64,000 bases of DNA. Source: Daphnia carinata. Lineage: Eukaryota. Positions within the stretch are counted from its first letter, which is position 1, and each line of letters opens with the position of its first letter. Both the position numbers and the translations under genes were made by a program. The notes below the pieces were generated by a model, which made no database searches, was not told the origin of the DNA, and saw only the letters and a program-made list of their open reading frames with translations. Positions 39,810-53,994 of the stretch are shown here, in pieces. The stretch lies in contig NC_081333.1 of the NCBI RefSeq assembly GCF_022539665.2, positions 10,540,001-10,604,000 of the forward strand, written 5' to 3'.

Positions 39810-42236
39810 TTGTTGTTGGTAGCGCAAGAGCTTTCAGTTGGGTTGGTTTTTAATAGCTGTACAATATTATAGAATAAACATGGTTATCTGCTGAAGTTGC
39901 CATTAGCAACACCATACATCCGGTAACCATAGGCTGTTGACATAGGAAACGGAAGCACAACTTCTCCATTTACCCTTTCCGCAAATGTCTAAGAATAGAA
40001 AGAAAACATCTGGGTATTATCGATGACTGCAGAGCAGTCAATTCTTGTCGCAAATGAGAAAATGGATCTGTAGTCTATGCTTTTCTCGACAACTGCGCCT
40101 GCTTAAAAGGTTCCGTTTTGTGTAAGAGTCGAAAACCAATAACAAAAGTGACTTGCGAACAAGTGCAGATAGGGAATGTAGGGGTGGAGAGGAACCGGAG
40201 CAACGAGCATATGTTTGGGCAATGAGACCATCACGTGCAGAGTTGAAGAGAAATCACTTTTCGTGTTCAGTTGCTTTTTTGGTCATTTCTTGAGAAGTCG
40301 TCACTCGAGTGTCAACATGTGGCGGATGTAGTGCATTTTGTATACACTTTCTTGTGCACGCTATGGCGAATGCCAATATATTTAAATTCTCAGACTTGAC
40401 AGCACCCAACTTCAACCCGATATGCAACTTTCAGAGGTAAATGTATATCAATGCAGTTGATTCTAAAAAGTTAAAAGGCTTATGTTGTACCCGTTCAATC
40501 AAAAAAGTTTAATTATGTTTTAACCAAACCGTTTTTTCTGAAGGCTCCCGAAAATTGCTTCACATCAATCTTCCTCAGAAGGGAATTCTGAGAAGCGCAG
40601 TAGATCCCGTTGTGCGATGCGGAACCAACAAAAACTTTGTAACGCAGTTTTAATTTTATCAGAAAATTCATCGTATCCACAGCATAAGGTATACGGGCAA
40701 TTTTTGTTTTGCCTTGGTTTTTAAAAATTCTATCTGTTACTCCAAATATGGGAAAGTAGAATCTTAATTTATCCCTTAAGGTTAATTACACATTTTATTT
40801 TCTAAATTATATTCTTATCATCCTTTTTAATAGTTCTGTACTCTATGACATGGTGGCTTCGTATTTCAAGTTATTAATTTCGCGTCTACAATATGGCGAC
40901 ATAGTGCAAATATTGCCAATGCACACAACATTTTGGGCCGATCAATAATGTGGTACAGGGTAGCTCCGGAAATTACGCAGGGACCCTCATGCCAAAAAAC
41001 ATTGCATGATAATATGTGTCTTGAGGGATTTTTTTTTTTTTTTTTCAAGTGGTGGGACAAGTCGCGTGCTTTGTCACAGTTTTTCTATAGTTGCTGGCTC
41101 CGTTCTACTCTCTTTTTTTTTTGCCAAGAGAGGTTTCCTAGCTTCTAGTTTCTCCGTGGTTTTCCTATGGAAATGAGGAGTTTGTACAAAAAGAAAGCTT
41201 GTTTGATGTAGGCCAACACGTGTTTTTATCGGAAATCAGACGGGGGTTCCCACTATTTTTGTTATTTTTTTTTATTCAGGAGGGTTCGTGAGAGATTGAG
41301 CTACGTAGCAAACTCAACTTTCGTGTTCTAAATAACTACCCTCGAATCGCGATGAAAGATGAGGCCAGACGCTATGGCTGGGGGAAGACGATCCCTAGTT
41401 TTTCATCCATATTCCGCAAAGTGAAGGTCGTTGGCATGCGGAATAAACATATTTATGAATCCCACTAAAATTAAAGGCACCGTGCAATACGTTCCTGTCT
41501 TTCAAGTATCCTTGATATTTTATATTTTATATCGCCAGTCGAGAACTCTGTCGCCTTTGGTGTAAGGTTGCCTAAGGCCTGTCTGTCACGCCTACCATTT
41601 CTTTTTTTTTTACATAATATTATACGCTAGCGTAAAAGAAAGAGAAATGAAAGCTAACCCACACCCTGCCATCTTTGCGTGCAGCCACACTCGAGTGCAC
41701 GAAAAGAGTAACGCTGTCGTTTTCATCAGTTTAAAATAATTTGTGTCAGTAAGAACCCTGCGGTTATACTGAGTACGCAACCGAAGAAAATTAGGTCACA
41801 AAAGGTTTAGAAAAAAAACGTGGCACTTTTAGAGAAACGAAAACATTTTTGTGGCACCGTGGCAACATCTTCAATCGCAGTTACAGAGGGAAGAGTATCC
41901 TCGCCTGGTGTCTGCAGTTACGTTGCCGATCTGACTCATTTATCTTGGGCCCTTCGTCCGTCTCTGTACGAAGTCCGACAGTGGCCTTGCTGGTGTTGTT
42001 TAGTTTGCTGAGGAATTCCTCGTGAATACACGTTGAGTTCCCGTCTAGTCTACATCGGTTTTGATACCGATCGAAAAATTTCGAAATTTTTTCCGTCACG
42101 GACAGCCGGAAACTAATTGGACTTCCTGTCACGATTTTTCACATCTTTCCGTTCGGGCAGCTATTCAAGTTTCTGTTAGTTCGCTTGAAGAAATCCTAGA
42201 GACTTCAGTCATAACACAAGTCTTCCTAACGCAACT

Positions 42237-45200
42237 ATGGATTTCTTCCGTGCCGGCTTGAAAAATTTTGGCCTGGGTGGCTTCAAAATGGATGACACTA
42301 CGGCAAATCTGGTGGCCAATTTTGCCAGTGGAGGGATTGGCATGGCCCTAGACCAAATTTCGCGTACTTCTTTGCCCAGTCGGCGGAAGGACCCACCCCC
42401 ACCAAGACCACCCTGCCCTTTCAAAGTGGTAAGACATGGTTATGCTTAATTTCGTCCGTTTGTCAACGCAATCATTAAAGCAATCTATCCATGTTCACTT
42501 CGTTCATCATCTCCCACACATCAGTTAGACCAAAGCTCTTTTTAAAACCAAACCTTAGAAAATATATGGGAACAAAAAAATTCCTTGACACCGAGAGCTA
42601 GAGAAGGTGTTCATTGTCAAGAATGATCTCACCGGAATTTTCGCTTTCTGTGGTAGCTTGAAGCGAAATAGGTGGCTCAAGGCCCACGGTTTTTACTAGG
42701 CACGGCAACGGGCTACGAAAGCAAAAGCGAAGGCGAAACAGACAGCTTGCCACTAACGTGTTGTCCTATTGTCCCTTGCCGCTAGAGTTTCAAAATAGAA
42801 CGAGCTTGAGAAAAGTAAAAGATGGATTACTGAGTGCAGGATGTGACCCAAAAATGTTTACCAACCGTACAAGAAGGGCAAAAACGTGAATTTCTGTTCC
42901 AAAAAAACAGAGATGCCTTGTATACTTCTTTTTTTAGTTGGCGTTTAATTAGATGTAGGGTATTCTATAACTGACATGCATCAGTTGCTTTTTTTTCCGC
43001 CCTTTTTTGTTAACATGAGTGAACTATCGTAAATATTCTGGCAAGCATTCGCTACGGTATTTATAGCTCAGCCAAATCACAGTTGGATCTGTTTGTTTTC
43101 TTAAGTTCAACAAAATTTGTTGAACAAACAGGTCGTTGGATCACAAACATCCTCTTGTCAAACATAGTTGTAATCATGCGAATCGCTTCCGTAGTTGTGT
43201 TGATTCTCCAATGTGTTGATCTTTAGACTCTATAAAAGTCGTGAATTTAGTTGTGCATTAGGCTTAGTTTATAGACCTCCGCAACAGAGATTCGCGCACG
43301 TCAGCCATCATAAACACCATAGTTTTCGTTACATTATGCACAAGAATGTCTCATAAAATGAAGTATTAACACCATATTTAGAGCTGAATAAGAATGTTAG
43401 GGTGCTGAATGCGTAAAAAAAAATCTAAAGTATCCAGTCCATATTTTTTAAAATGTTAATCACGGGAAAACCTGCATTGACAGGGTTTTATTTTTCCTTC
43501 GGGCGTTTCCCGTAGTCAATGAATCCGGTGCAATGATCCCGTTTATTGTTGTTTTGCATGGAGTGATTTCCTGTTTTAATGTGACGGGCGTTGCTCATGT
43601 TTGGGATTTCAAAAATGTGAATTGACCGACATTGGCCTTGAGTTTTGTTTTAGTTCTCTGGTTGCCTAACCAAAAAAGGTGAATCGTTAGTGGAACACCG
43701 TTAGTGAACAACCATTTTTTATCGAATGCAAGATAACTTAATACTCCGGAATATTCCAGCAGTCGAATTTCGTATTTCTTCTTTTTTGGGCCTCAAGTAG
43801 TTGACTAGTTTGAGGTCTCAAGGCAAGCCACACCCTCAAAAGGGTGTGACGCGTTACTCAAGTATGGGCATACCTTAAAACCCGGTTTAAAGTGTAATTA
43901 TTTTGCTTCATTGCTGATGAAACGAACGTGTTGCATAACGGTTGGAATACATAAGATAAAATAGTAAAGGCAGGAATCTATGATTAGTTGATGACGCTGA
44001 TCATTGTGTCAACAGCAAGATGGGCTTATTTTCCACCGACAAGCATTCCGATTGAATGCTAACTACTGCGTGGCTTTGAAACTATATGTCACGCAACCAC
44101 ATCAAACGGTCTGAATTCCATATCTACTATATTATGGGAATTCCTAGATGGCCTTCTCTTTCTAGGGTTGTTAATTATTACGGGTTTGTTGGTTATTAGG
44201 GCTTGTCGGTAATTTCAGATGGTAGAAATCGAATGGATGGGAAGACAGGGAGTCATTACCGGTGGTAGAAAGCGGCAGTTTGAAGGCCATATCCTTGATG
44301 GTCAACCAAGCAGTAATTCTACCGGATATCGTGTCGTTCAATTCACCACATCTAGTACATTAGAAAGTGCGCGTCCGGGGTTTTAGAAAAATTCGTTGTT
44401 CGTCCGATCGACATCGGCCTCAAGTATTTGTCTCGTGCAGTTTGTGGCTGAGAGCATTGTCGACGAGGTAGAAGAACTGTGTCCTACGCATGCTTAGTAT
44501 CACCTATCGATTTTTTGGCTAAAGTGCAGAACTGGTGCCAACTTTCCTGCATAGCGAGCAGCTAAACATTATTGTCAGCTGTTTTTGTTTGCCTCGTTCA
44601 TCGCTGCAAAAAGTATCTGCATTATCCCTTAGTGTTGGTTTTGCCATAACGCCGTGGATATTCGTGTAGTCACGTACGACATTCGAAAAAAAATCCTGTT
44701 GTGAAATCGAAATGCCTTATACCTACGGGAACTTTACAATCTACAACGTGAGTTATCGCATTCTGCGAAATGAGCTCAACGCATATTTTCCAAATCTTCT
44801 CCTGCCTACCCTAGTTTTCTTATATCTACTGCTATCGTAACAGTCTGCAGTTCTTTGCTTACGTTTTCGAAGTTCACACGGCCGCCACCTGTAGAGTATA
44901 ATATATTGTAGATAAGGATTGCACTTCCACACACATGTTTTGGGAGGTCTTGTTTTTGTAATAACAAAGAGCCAATAGTACGGTATCTACCTTTAGATTT
45001 GGTACCGATTGAGCTATGAAATACTGTATTCTTATCAAGAATTTGTGAAGAAATGAATAGACGTACGTTTGGTTTTTTTCGTCTATTTCGTTTAGTCTGA
45101 TAACTGTTTTCAAACCATTTGGAATTGTACACGCAGTCAATTGTTAACAATTGGCATCATCCAAATACGAGCATGGCTTTCAAACAGCCAAAAACGATTT

Positions 45201-48200
45201 TCCCCACTACTAGAGTATGTATTTTAATTTACAACATATGCTATTCCGGTTATTATCTTTCTAGTTCCCGCTATGTTTATTGGCCTAAAGCGGCCACAGA
45301 AGTTGAGCCAAATTTTTTGTACTAAATTGTTCTTGTGGATCCGTTCTGATTAAACTCAAATCTAAAACGTGGTTTAGTAATAAACATATTTTCGTTAATT
45401 ACGAGAATGCATTGTCGCGCTTCGTGTACGTAGATCACGGGGCAATCTCTAGCGCGACTTATCTCTCATTATTAATTAATTATCAAAAGCGTAAAATTAT
45501 CCACAACATTGATAAACATAACATGTGAACTATTTCGTAACTAGGAAACTCCTGCTTGCTTAAAGATGAGCAATTATTGATCAAATCCATTTATCATTTT
45601 ACGTACCACAATCTTATGGCAGTTGGGTGAGAAGGGCGCCTCAATTAAAGCCCGTCAGAACGTGCAAGATTTCGTTCAAATCCGAGATAGCTGTCTACAA
45701 AATGGAACCCTTTTCGAGGATGCGTCTTTTCCAGCGGACACTTCGTCAATCTACTACAGCCGGCGGACTGCTCGCGACTTTGTCTGGTTGAGGCCAACAG
45801 TAAGTGCAACTTCTTGTGCCATTTTGTCTGAGTAGATAAACGAAACGATTGGTCATAATTCATTTTTAGCCTCAATCAGCATGACATTCTATAATTACGG
45901 CTAAACAAATAAATACATATTTAAATAATTTAGGAAATCGTCGAGGATCCACAACTCTTCGTCGAAGGAGCTTCACGATTCGACGTGCAGCAAGGCGAAT
46001 TAGGTACAATTCTGTTTTAAATAATATGCTGCCTTTTCCTCATTAAGTTCATCATAAACTCTTGGCAACAGTTGAAGTTTGTATTGCAATTGAAGCACTG
46101 TGTTTGTTTCCGCTGGTTACCATTCAAGTTAGACTTCGTTTACTCAGTTACTTCCATTACGCAGTATATTGCAACAACTGTAGCGATTAGCTCCGCGCTA
46201 ACTAAACATTTGGCAGTGAGTCTATTTCTTATTATGCTTGTTTTTTTTGTTTTTTTCAATATATAGGCGATTGCTGGCTGCTTGCTGCCATGGCTAGCCT
46301 GACTCTTAACCCAAAACTGTTTCATCAAGTTGTGCCTGAAGATCAAAGTTTCACCGATAATTATGCAGGAATTTTTCATTTCCGGTACTACTTCATCCTG
46401 TCGATACCGCATTGAAAATTCCCGCTGTTGAAATATCTTTTTCGAAACTCCAATCTAGGATCTGGCAGTACGGCACCTGGGTGGATGTCGTGGTAGACGA
46501 TCGCTTGCCAACCTGTGATGGAAAACTGGTGTTTTTGCAATCACAAACAAAAAATGAATTTTGGAGCGCTCTGTTGGAAAAAGCATATGCCAAGTAAGCA
46601 AACCAATCCCTTGATGTGACAGTTCAATTTCGTGAAAACTCATAGGTGAAACTCTATTTCGCTTTACTAACACAGGCTCCACGGTGGCTACGAAGCCTTA
46701 AAAGGTGGCACTACGTGTGAGGCTATGGAAGACTTTACTGGCGGAGTGAGCGAAATGTACGAAATGAACCAAGCACCTCCTAATCTTTTCAAGATTTTAC
46801 TTAAAGCTCACCAACGCTCATCACTAATGAGCTGCGCAATTGAGGTTGGACCTATAGTCACTTCATTCACTTTTCATTATTTTATTGCCAATCAACGTTT
46901 GACTATGCAGCCGGATCCTGACCAGTTAGAAGCCGAAACACCGTTGGGTTTGATTAAAGGTCATGCCTATAGCATTACAAGCGTGAAAATGATGGACATC
47001 CGCACTCCTCGAATGTCGGGGCAGATTCCCATGATCCGTATTCGAAATCCTTGGGGGAATGAAGCCGAGTGGAAAGGCGCATGGAGCGATCAGTAATAAT
47101 AGTGTTAACATGATACCCATTCGACAATTTCTGATAACACCAACACCATTCGTTTGCTTATTACAGATCCCCGGAATGGCAGTTCATCCCGGAAGACGAG
47201 AAGGAGGAGGTGGGACTGACTTTCGATCGCGATGGCGAATTTTGGATGTCGTTTCGCGATTTCTCTGCTCAGTATTCTCGCCTAGAGATAGTCAATCTGA
47301 ACGCCGATTCCTTAGAAGAAGAGGAGTTGTCTGATGGTACATCAAAACGTTGGTCAGCAAACGAGTTTGCTGGAAACTGGGTTAAAGGTGCATCTGCTGG
47401 CGGCTGCAGGAATCATTTAGGTATGTTACTTACACATCAGCTTTATATCAATACGAATCTATTGCGTTAGAGGTTCTCGAAGTATGTATTGATGCATCCG
47501 TTGCAAGATACAGTATTTATGATAGAAGCAAAGCACTGCCTGTAATCATGAAACCGCCTATTCCCAACGAGATTAATTATTGCCGTCACGAAATGGCGTG
47601 CCTATTGCTGATAATGAATCAATCCGCACAGGAAACGGAAAGTCCTCGGCAAAACCGCTCTACCGACAAAGAACATAAATGTTCTCCTTTTTTCCTTCTT
47701 TCCTCCTTTTTTTTTTCTTTAGTTTACTGAGAAAAAAAATCAGTGGCGAAAGACGCACGCACGCATAGTTATTTTTAAACTTCCGAAAACGATAGAGAGC
47801 TGCTGTTTTGATATTATAGACGTTAGCTACACAAAAGCTTTGCGTAATATGACTAAATCCAGCGAAGTAATTTCGTAATTGCATGATTTAAAAAATAATC
47901 ATGGGAATTAATGTTTTCCGGATCAAGCGAGTGTTTCATTAGTTTATTTTTCCTTCATTATAGCCACTTTTCATCTGAATCCACAATATCGTATTACACT
48001 GGAAGATCCGGATGGTTAGTATTTCGTCTATTATTTCAGATTTTATTCAACGTTGTAACTAAATCCTCTTCTAATGAAATTTAGACGACGACAATGACGA
48101 TAAATGTACGGTGATTGTGGCTTTGATGCAAAAGAACCGTAGAGCTCAGCGGAAAATTGGTCTAGATTGCCTTACAATTGGTTTTACCATTTATCACGTA

Positions 48201-50995
48201 AGGAAAATGTCGAATGAACAACGAAAATATCTGTAGATAATGGTTAATCACGGTACTTGAAACAAAATTCAACAGCTTAAAAATCCTGACACAGCGCCGA
48301 AACCACTTGACAACAAATTTTTTAAGTACAACGCATCTGTGGCTAGGTCACCATCGTTCATCAACTTACGAGAAGTCAGTTGTCGATTCAAGCTTCCACC
48401 GGGCGTCTACGCCATTATACCGTCAACATTCGAGCCGAATGAGGAAGGTGAATTTATTCTGCGCGTCTTCTCTGAAAAGAAGAACAACATGGAGTAACAA
48501 CCTATAATTAATCATTATATATTCATCACATTTAATTACCCCCAAGCCAACATCGCGCGTCCATAATCTTTAAAAGGGGTTTTACGTCCTTTTGGCAGAA
48601 CGTATGGTAGGCGCATTATAAAATCTCCATTAAATTCTTTTTTCAGGGAGAACGACGAAGAAGTGGATATCGGTGAAGCAGATGATCAAGTAAGCACTTT
48701 TCCATTTTTGCCAATAAAAGCAAGACATTTTTTGAAAGTCCCTTGCCATTTCGATGACGGCACGGCCGATAGCATGACGACTTTGGTTTTATTACTTAGT
48801 CTTTCCTGTCGCCTGTCGCTTGTTTATTCATTTTTATTTTTTCGACTGCTGAACGTCGTTCCTCTTCATATTTTTTTATCATAATTTTTTTAAAATTCTT
48901 ATTTCCTTACTTTCTTTGACGTGGCACACGAATCTTTTCTACTAGGGTAATACTGGCCGGAAGCACAACAAAGGCAAACACTTTTATCACGTAAGTTTAG
49001 ACTGTGAGACAGCGCTTTAAAAAATCCTATATGACGATATTTCGTATACCCTGAACCCGCTTGCAAATTTAACTTTGAATATTTTACGCCTTACAATTTT
49101 TTGCGTAAAAGTACCCGTATACAGTTCATTTTCAGCAGCGTTCTTTGGATTTGCTTTGAACTATCAAACGAGTGCTTTAGCGTAGACGACTGTGGGCAAA
49201 TCATTTTTATTCATTAAACATTCATCTATCTACGTTCTGGAGTAACAAGAATAGCATCTTTACCTGTAAAACGTATTGCATTGCTAGTTCCAAGAATTTG
49301 AAGTGTGTCTTAATTTTCACAAATTTAGCAATGTTGTTTCGAAAGACAAGTCTATTCTCAATTTAAACATTTTTTCGCAACGCATTTTCATAGGAATTTT
49401 TGGCAATTATTTACAGGTTAAAAGTAATGATACTTTTGACGACTCCAGTGATGTTGTCCAGCTGTTCCGCCGCGTTGCTGGAGTTGACATGGAGATCGAT
49501 TGGGTCGAACTACAAAACGTTCTTAATACTTCCTTCCAGCGTGGTAAATATTTACGGTTCTTTTATCTACCGATGTTTGAATTGCTGTACAGGTTTTGTA
49601 TGCCCTTTACTTGGGATCATTGGTGTTGTTGCGTAGTGGATTTAATACCGCAATTGGTTCGAAGTGTTTCATCCGTTTATGTGTCTGCCATGGCATCGCT
49701 GTTTCGGTTTGCAATCCAGTTGGATTTTTATTCGTAGTAGATTTTAGAATACCCGTAATTCAACACATTAACCACAACTAATTGAAATGAATCCTTGCAA
49801 CAAATACGTTGGGGAAAAAATCCTGTCGGGAATTCGGAACCGGACCATGCAGAATCTTCAGAGGGTAAGGCTAGTCGTTTTGAGCCCTTAGCTGATCACT
49901 CGTTAGACGATTGAAGACACTCTCCTTGTTTTTCTTTTTCTTTCGTACACGTAGCCAAAGAGACTTTTTTTGGCTCTAAAGACACAAAAACCTCGACAAA
50001 GTAGCGAGCGACAAGCATTTTCTTGCGACGGATTATCAAAATTTTTTCTAAGTTAGAGACTATTACCGAGACTTACGTTCCCGTTAGTGTCTCCTGGTCA
50101 ATGAATAAGACTGCTTTGGTGAGGGTAAGGGCATGGGGATGTCAAATGGTTCATTGAAAAATGAATCCAACTTTGTTATTTCCTTCTCCATAACTTCTTT
50201 ACTTTGGGTCTTTATCAAAAGGAATAAAATAGGATTGCATTTGCAACTTTACTTTAACCTTCTTACCGCTTTCTACTACATTTAATAATACTTGATTTCA
50301 TCGTTTGTTCATAACTTTTCTTAACTCGTTATTGCATGATTTAATAATGTAGAAGAGCTCACAACGTAAAGCTGAACTCAGTTAACAGTATTTTTCCTGT
50401 TTTTGATGACGCATGGCGTCGGTTACAGAATTTGTATTCGAGGGATTCAGCAAAGACGTCTGCCGCAGCATGATCGCTATGTTGGATCAGGATCACTCCG
50501 GAAAACTTGGTTTGGATGAGTTCAAAAAGCTTTGGTCTGATATTCAAACTTGGAAGGTAGAGCAAAGCATATCATTTACGTGTTTTCAAACCCCATTCGA
50601 TTATACCCATTTATTTTTTATTTAAAACTAGAACACGTTCAAATTGTACGACCGCGATCGTAGCAATTCGCTAAGCACATTAGAGTTGCGCTCTGCACTC
50701 CATGCCGTTGGTTATCGTCTAAACTATCACGTCTTAAATGCGCTGGTTTTGCGTTACGGTGATCGACGAGGAACCCTGGCGTTTGACGATTTCATCATGT
50801 GTGCCATCAAAATGAAATCCATGATTGGTACGCAATTTCACTTTCATTTTTTCCAAATTTCATGTGTGTGACTAGAGAGTTTCATCTAAAATATGCTTCA
50901 TTATTACAGAGGCCTTTAAAGAGCGAGACCCGTACAACACCAAACGGGCTACTTTTACGCTCGACGAATGGATTGACAAGACTCTCTATTCTTAG
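42237..50995 (+). CDS. Classical calpain (CysPc, C2-like and penta-EF-hand domains; CalpA/B-like). The first coding exon is one of several candidates.
   Basis: [23 protein letters not shown] (Cys), GHAYSIT (His), RNPWG (Asn), [53 protein letters not shown]; ends WIDKTLYS*. Confidence 0.93.
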
Positions 50996-51599
50996 ATTTC
51001 CAAATAATCGTTTTACTTCTGAATCTTTACCGACATTTTGGCGGTTTAATAGCATAATAAGATCATCCATGTTTGCGAGCTTTAGAAGACCCATAGAAGC
51101 TTATGTTAATCTCTTCCGATATAACGCTCTTTCCATAAACGTTTGACGACATTTGCATTCAAAAGGTGCCCAAGGGTAATTTGCTTCCCGGTGAAATCAG
51201 TCTCTTTTGCGAAAGATTGGTGTTGCACTTTGCTTGTTCCTCTTTCCCTTTTTTTATTTTTTATTCACGTTGCCGTTACTTCTGAACATATACAACGTTC
51301 ACTAGGGAGACTAACATAAAGGGAAAAGTTTCAATCCACACTACATCCTTAATCTGAATCGAAAAGATCATTGCTTGATGTTTCCGAACAATACATAGCA
51401 TAAAAAATCGCAAGTAAAACACAGATGGTGTATTAACCGGTATGAGTCACTAATTCTTTTAATGCACAATGCATCACATCTTTGTTCAGACAGAAAAAAT
51501 CGGGTGTATAAAACTCGGAAATATCATGTTCACTTATCGTCATTGTAGCAGAAATTACAAAATTTTGGCAAGAAATTCAGGACTTTTTGATTAGAAACT

Positions 51600-53732
51600 T
51601 TCGGGATTCTGTGACTTCGCAATCCGAGTCCACCGGATATTTCTGCTGCATCGCGCAAGCGCTGTAGCGCACTGGCGAGCTAGCATTTTGTCAAATATTC
51701 GGTGTATTTCAAAAACGATTAACTTAATGAAAAAAATACTAATTTTACCGGAATCAGCATTCAACTTTTAGTGTATCCTGTGACATTCAACCAATTTTGG
51801 TGAGTGTTCAGTTTTTATGGAAAAAAATTTTAAGCCCGACTAAATAAGCCCGAGTTTTCTTATTTTTTTTTTTTTTTTTTTTTACGTTTAATTAAAAAAT
51901 CATAAGACCAATTGAAAAATATATTTGATTTTCGTGATAAGCATTCAATTCTGCATCGAAATAATATATTTTAATCCAAATTTTAAATTTAGCGAAAAAT
52001 GAAAAAGTGAGAAGGCTATAGCCTTCCCACTTTTGCCAAAATCGGCAAAAAACGACATCTCTCGGAATTCGATAAAAATCACGTGGCACTACTAAAATGG
52101 AAGTGAGTTGATGTGTTCTGAGTTCGATTATGTTAGTGGTTTTCTCGTCAAAGCAGCCATTTTGGAAATAAATTAAAAAAGTGTGCTGTTTTGGCCCCGC
52201 TGAATCGAAGAACTGACTAGCGCGCCAGTACACTATAGCGCTAGCGTGACACATCAAAGTTTTTTACCAAACCATAAGCTCTACTTTAAAACAAAGTTCA
52301 TTTTCGTTTTCCTTATTAAATTTTGAACTTAAAGCATATATAGTTATCTCGATTTAATGATATAATTTTTAAATAGGAAAAGTCGGGCTTATTTTGTCGG
52401 GCTTATTTTTTAAATCCCAGAACCACTTTAAAGTAAAAAAACTCTAGAACTATCAGTCCCAAGAAAAAATAACGTCAATTTTCGTGATCCTCGTGTGATT
52501 TCCAGTCGAAATGATGTATTTTTAACGAAATCTAGATTTTAGCCAAAAATGAAAAAATGGGAAGGCTATAGCCTTCTCACTTTTGTCAAAATCGGCCAAA
52601 AACCAAAATCTCTTGGAAATCAATAAGAACTACGCATTACGTTCACAAATGAACGATGTTTTCAAAAACATAACGCATTTTAATGTCACATCTGTATTTT
52701 TGAAAATAAAAAAAAAATATTGAAATGTCGGGCTTAATTAGTCAGCGTTAGTCGGGCTTAAAAATTCCTTGTGCAAAAACTGACACTCATCGCAATTGCT
52801 TGAATATCACAGGATATACTAAAAGTTGAATGCTGATTCCGAGAAAATTGCTATTTTTTTCATTAGGTTAATCGTTTTCTAAATACACCGAACATTGGAC
52901 ACAATGCTAGCGCGCCAGTACGCTATGTCGCTAGCGCAGCAGAAATATTCGGTGTATTTCCGAAGTGGTTGGGTTAATGAAAAAAGTAAAAATTTTCTCA
53001 GAATCAGCATTCAATTTTGAGTATACTTTGTGATATTCAACTAATTTTGATAAGTGTCCGTTTTTGCAGAAAAAAAATCTAAGCCCGACTAGATAAGCCC
53101 TACTAAATAAGCCCGACTTTTCTTCTTTTTTCGTTTTTTACGTTTAACTAAAACACCATAAGACCAATTGAAAAATAAATTTGATTTTCGTGATAAGCAT
53201 TCAATTTTGAATCGGAATAAAGTATTTTAAGCGAAATTAAAAATTTAGCCAAAAATGAAAAAGTGAGAAGGCTATAGCCTTCCCACTTTTGTCAAAATCG
53301 GCCAAAAATGACATCTCTTGGAATAGGATGAAAATCCCTCAGTATAATCAAAATTTAACGGTGATTCAGAAAAAGCCACTCGTTTTCTTGTCAAGTTAGC
53401 CGTTTTTGAATTACACCGAATATTGTGCAAAAAATAAGGAAAGTCGGGCTTAAAAACTGTTTTCTGTAAAAACCGGCACTCGGAATCGGAATCGGTAGAA
53501 TATCACAGGATACATTCAAAATTGAATGCTGATTCTGACAAAATTATTATTTTTTCGATTAAGTTAACCGTTTAGGAAATACACCCAATATTTAACGCAC
53601 TGCTAGCGCGCCAGTACGCCCCAGCTAGCGCAGCACTTTCATTTTGTGCTAAATTTAGATTTCGTTTAAAATAAATAGATAGCAGTAGTCTAAAAAGTAT
53701 TTTTTTTAGGGGAGTTAAAACGGATTGCCATA
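51600..53732. mobile_element. Non-coding modular foldback/MITE-like element, copy 2 (same family as 27476-29650); left boundary approximate
   Basis: Three GAAGGCTATAGCCTTC palindromes (52011, 52561, 53267), many AAGCCCGAC and GCTAGCGCGCCAGTAC motifs in both orientations. Its end TAAAACGGATTGCCATA is the reverse complement of 27476-27492. Confidence 0.75.
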
Positions 53733-53994
53733 AAGGATATTGTTTTATGATTGTGTGTTCTGTTTCTATTATATGTTCGAATGATTGTGTGTCTGTGTGT
53801 GTGATGGCTTTTTTTTTTATTTCACGGCTTACTTCTTCTCTGGCGCCTTTCTGCCATGCGATTTTTGATTTTTTTGTATTGATGCGTTTTCATATAGAGT
53901 AGTTTTAGGGAATAAATTGAATGAAGAAAAATAATAATTGTAGCACACTTTTAATTGAAAATCTCCGAGTTTCATACACAACATTGCCTGATGC

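Noticed and set aside
43105..43125. Short hairpin GTTCAACAAA-A-TTTGTTGAAC in a calpain intron
   Set aside because: Isolated, AT-rich and too short for a pre-miRNA; no other support.
49741..49864. Possible calpain alternative terminal exon ([13 protein letters not shown]) or 12-nt microexon at 49853-49864
   Set aside because: The frames fit, but the acceptors lack convincing polypyrimidine tracts; not supportable without reads.
51892..52257. 121-aa ORF inside the repeat as a possible transposase
   Set aside because: No DDE or HUH motifs; it runs through non-coding repeat modules that are not open in the other copies.
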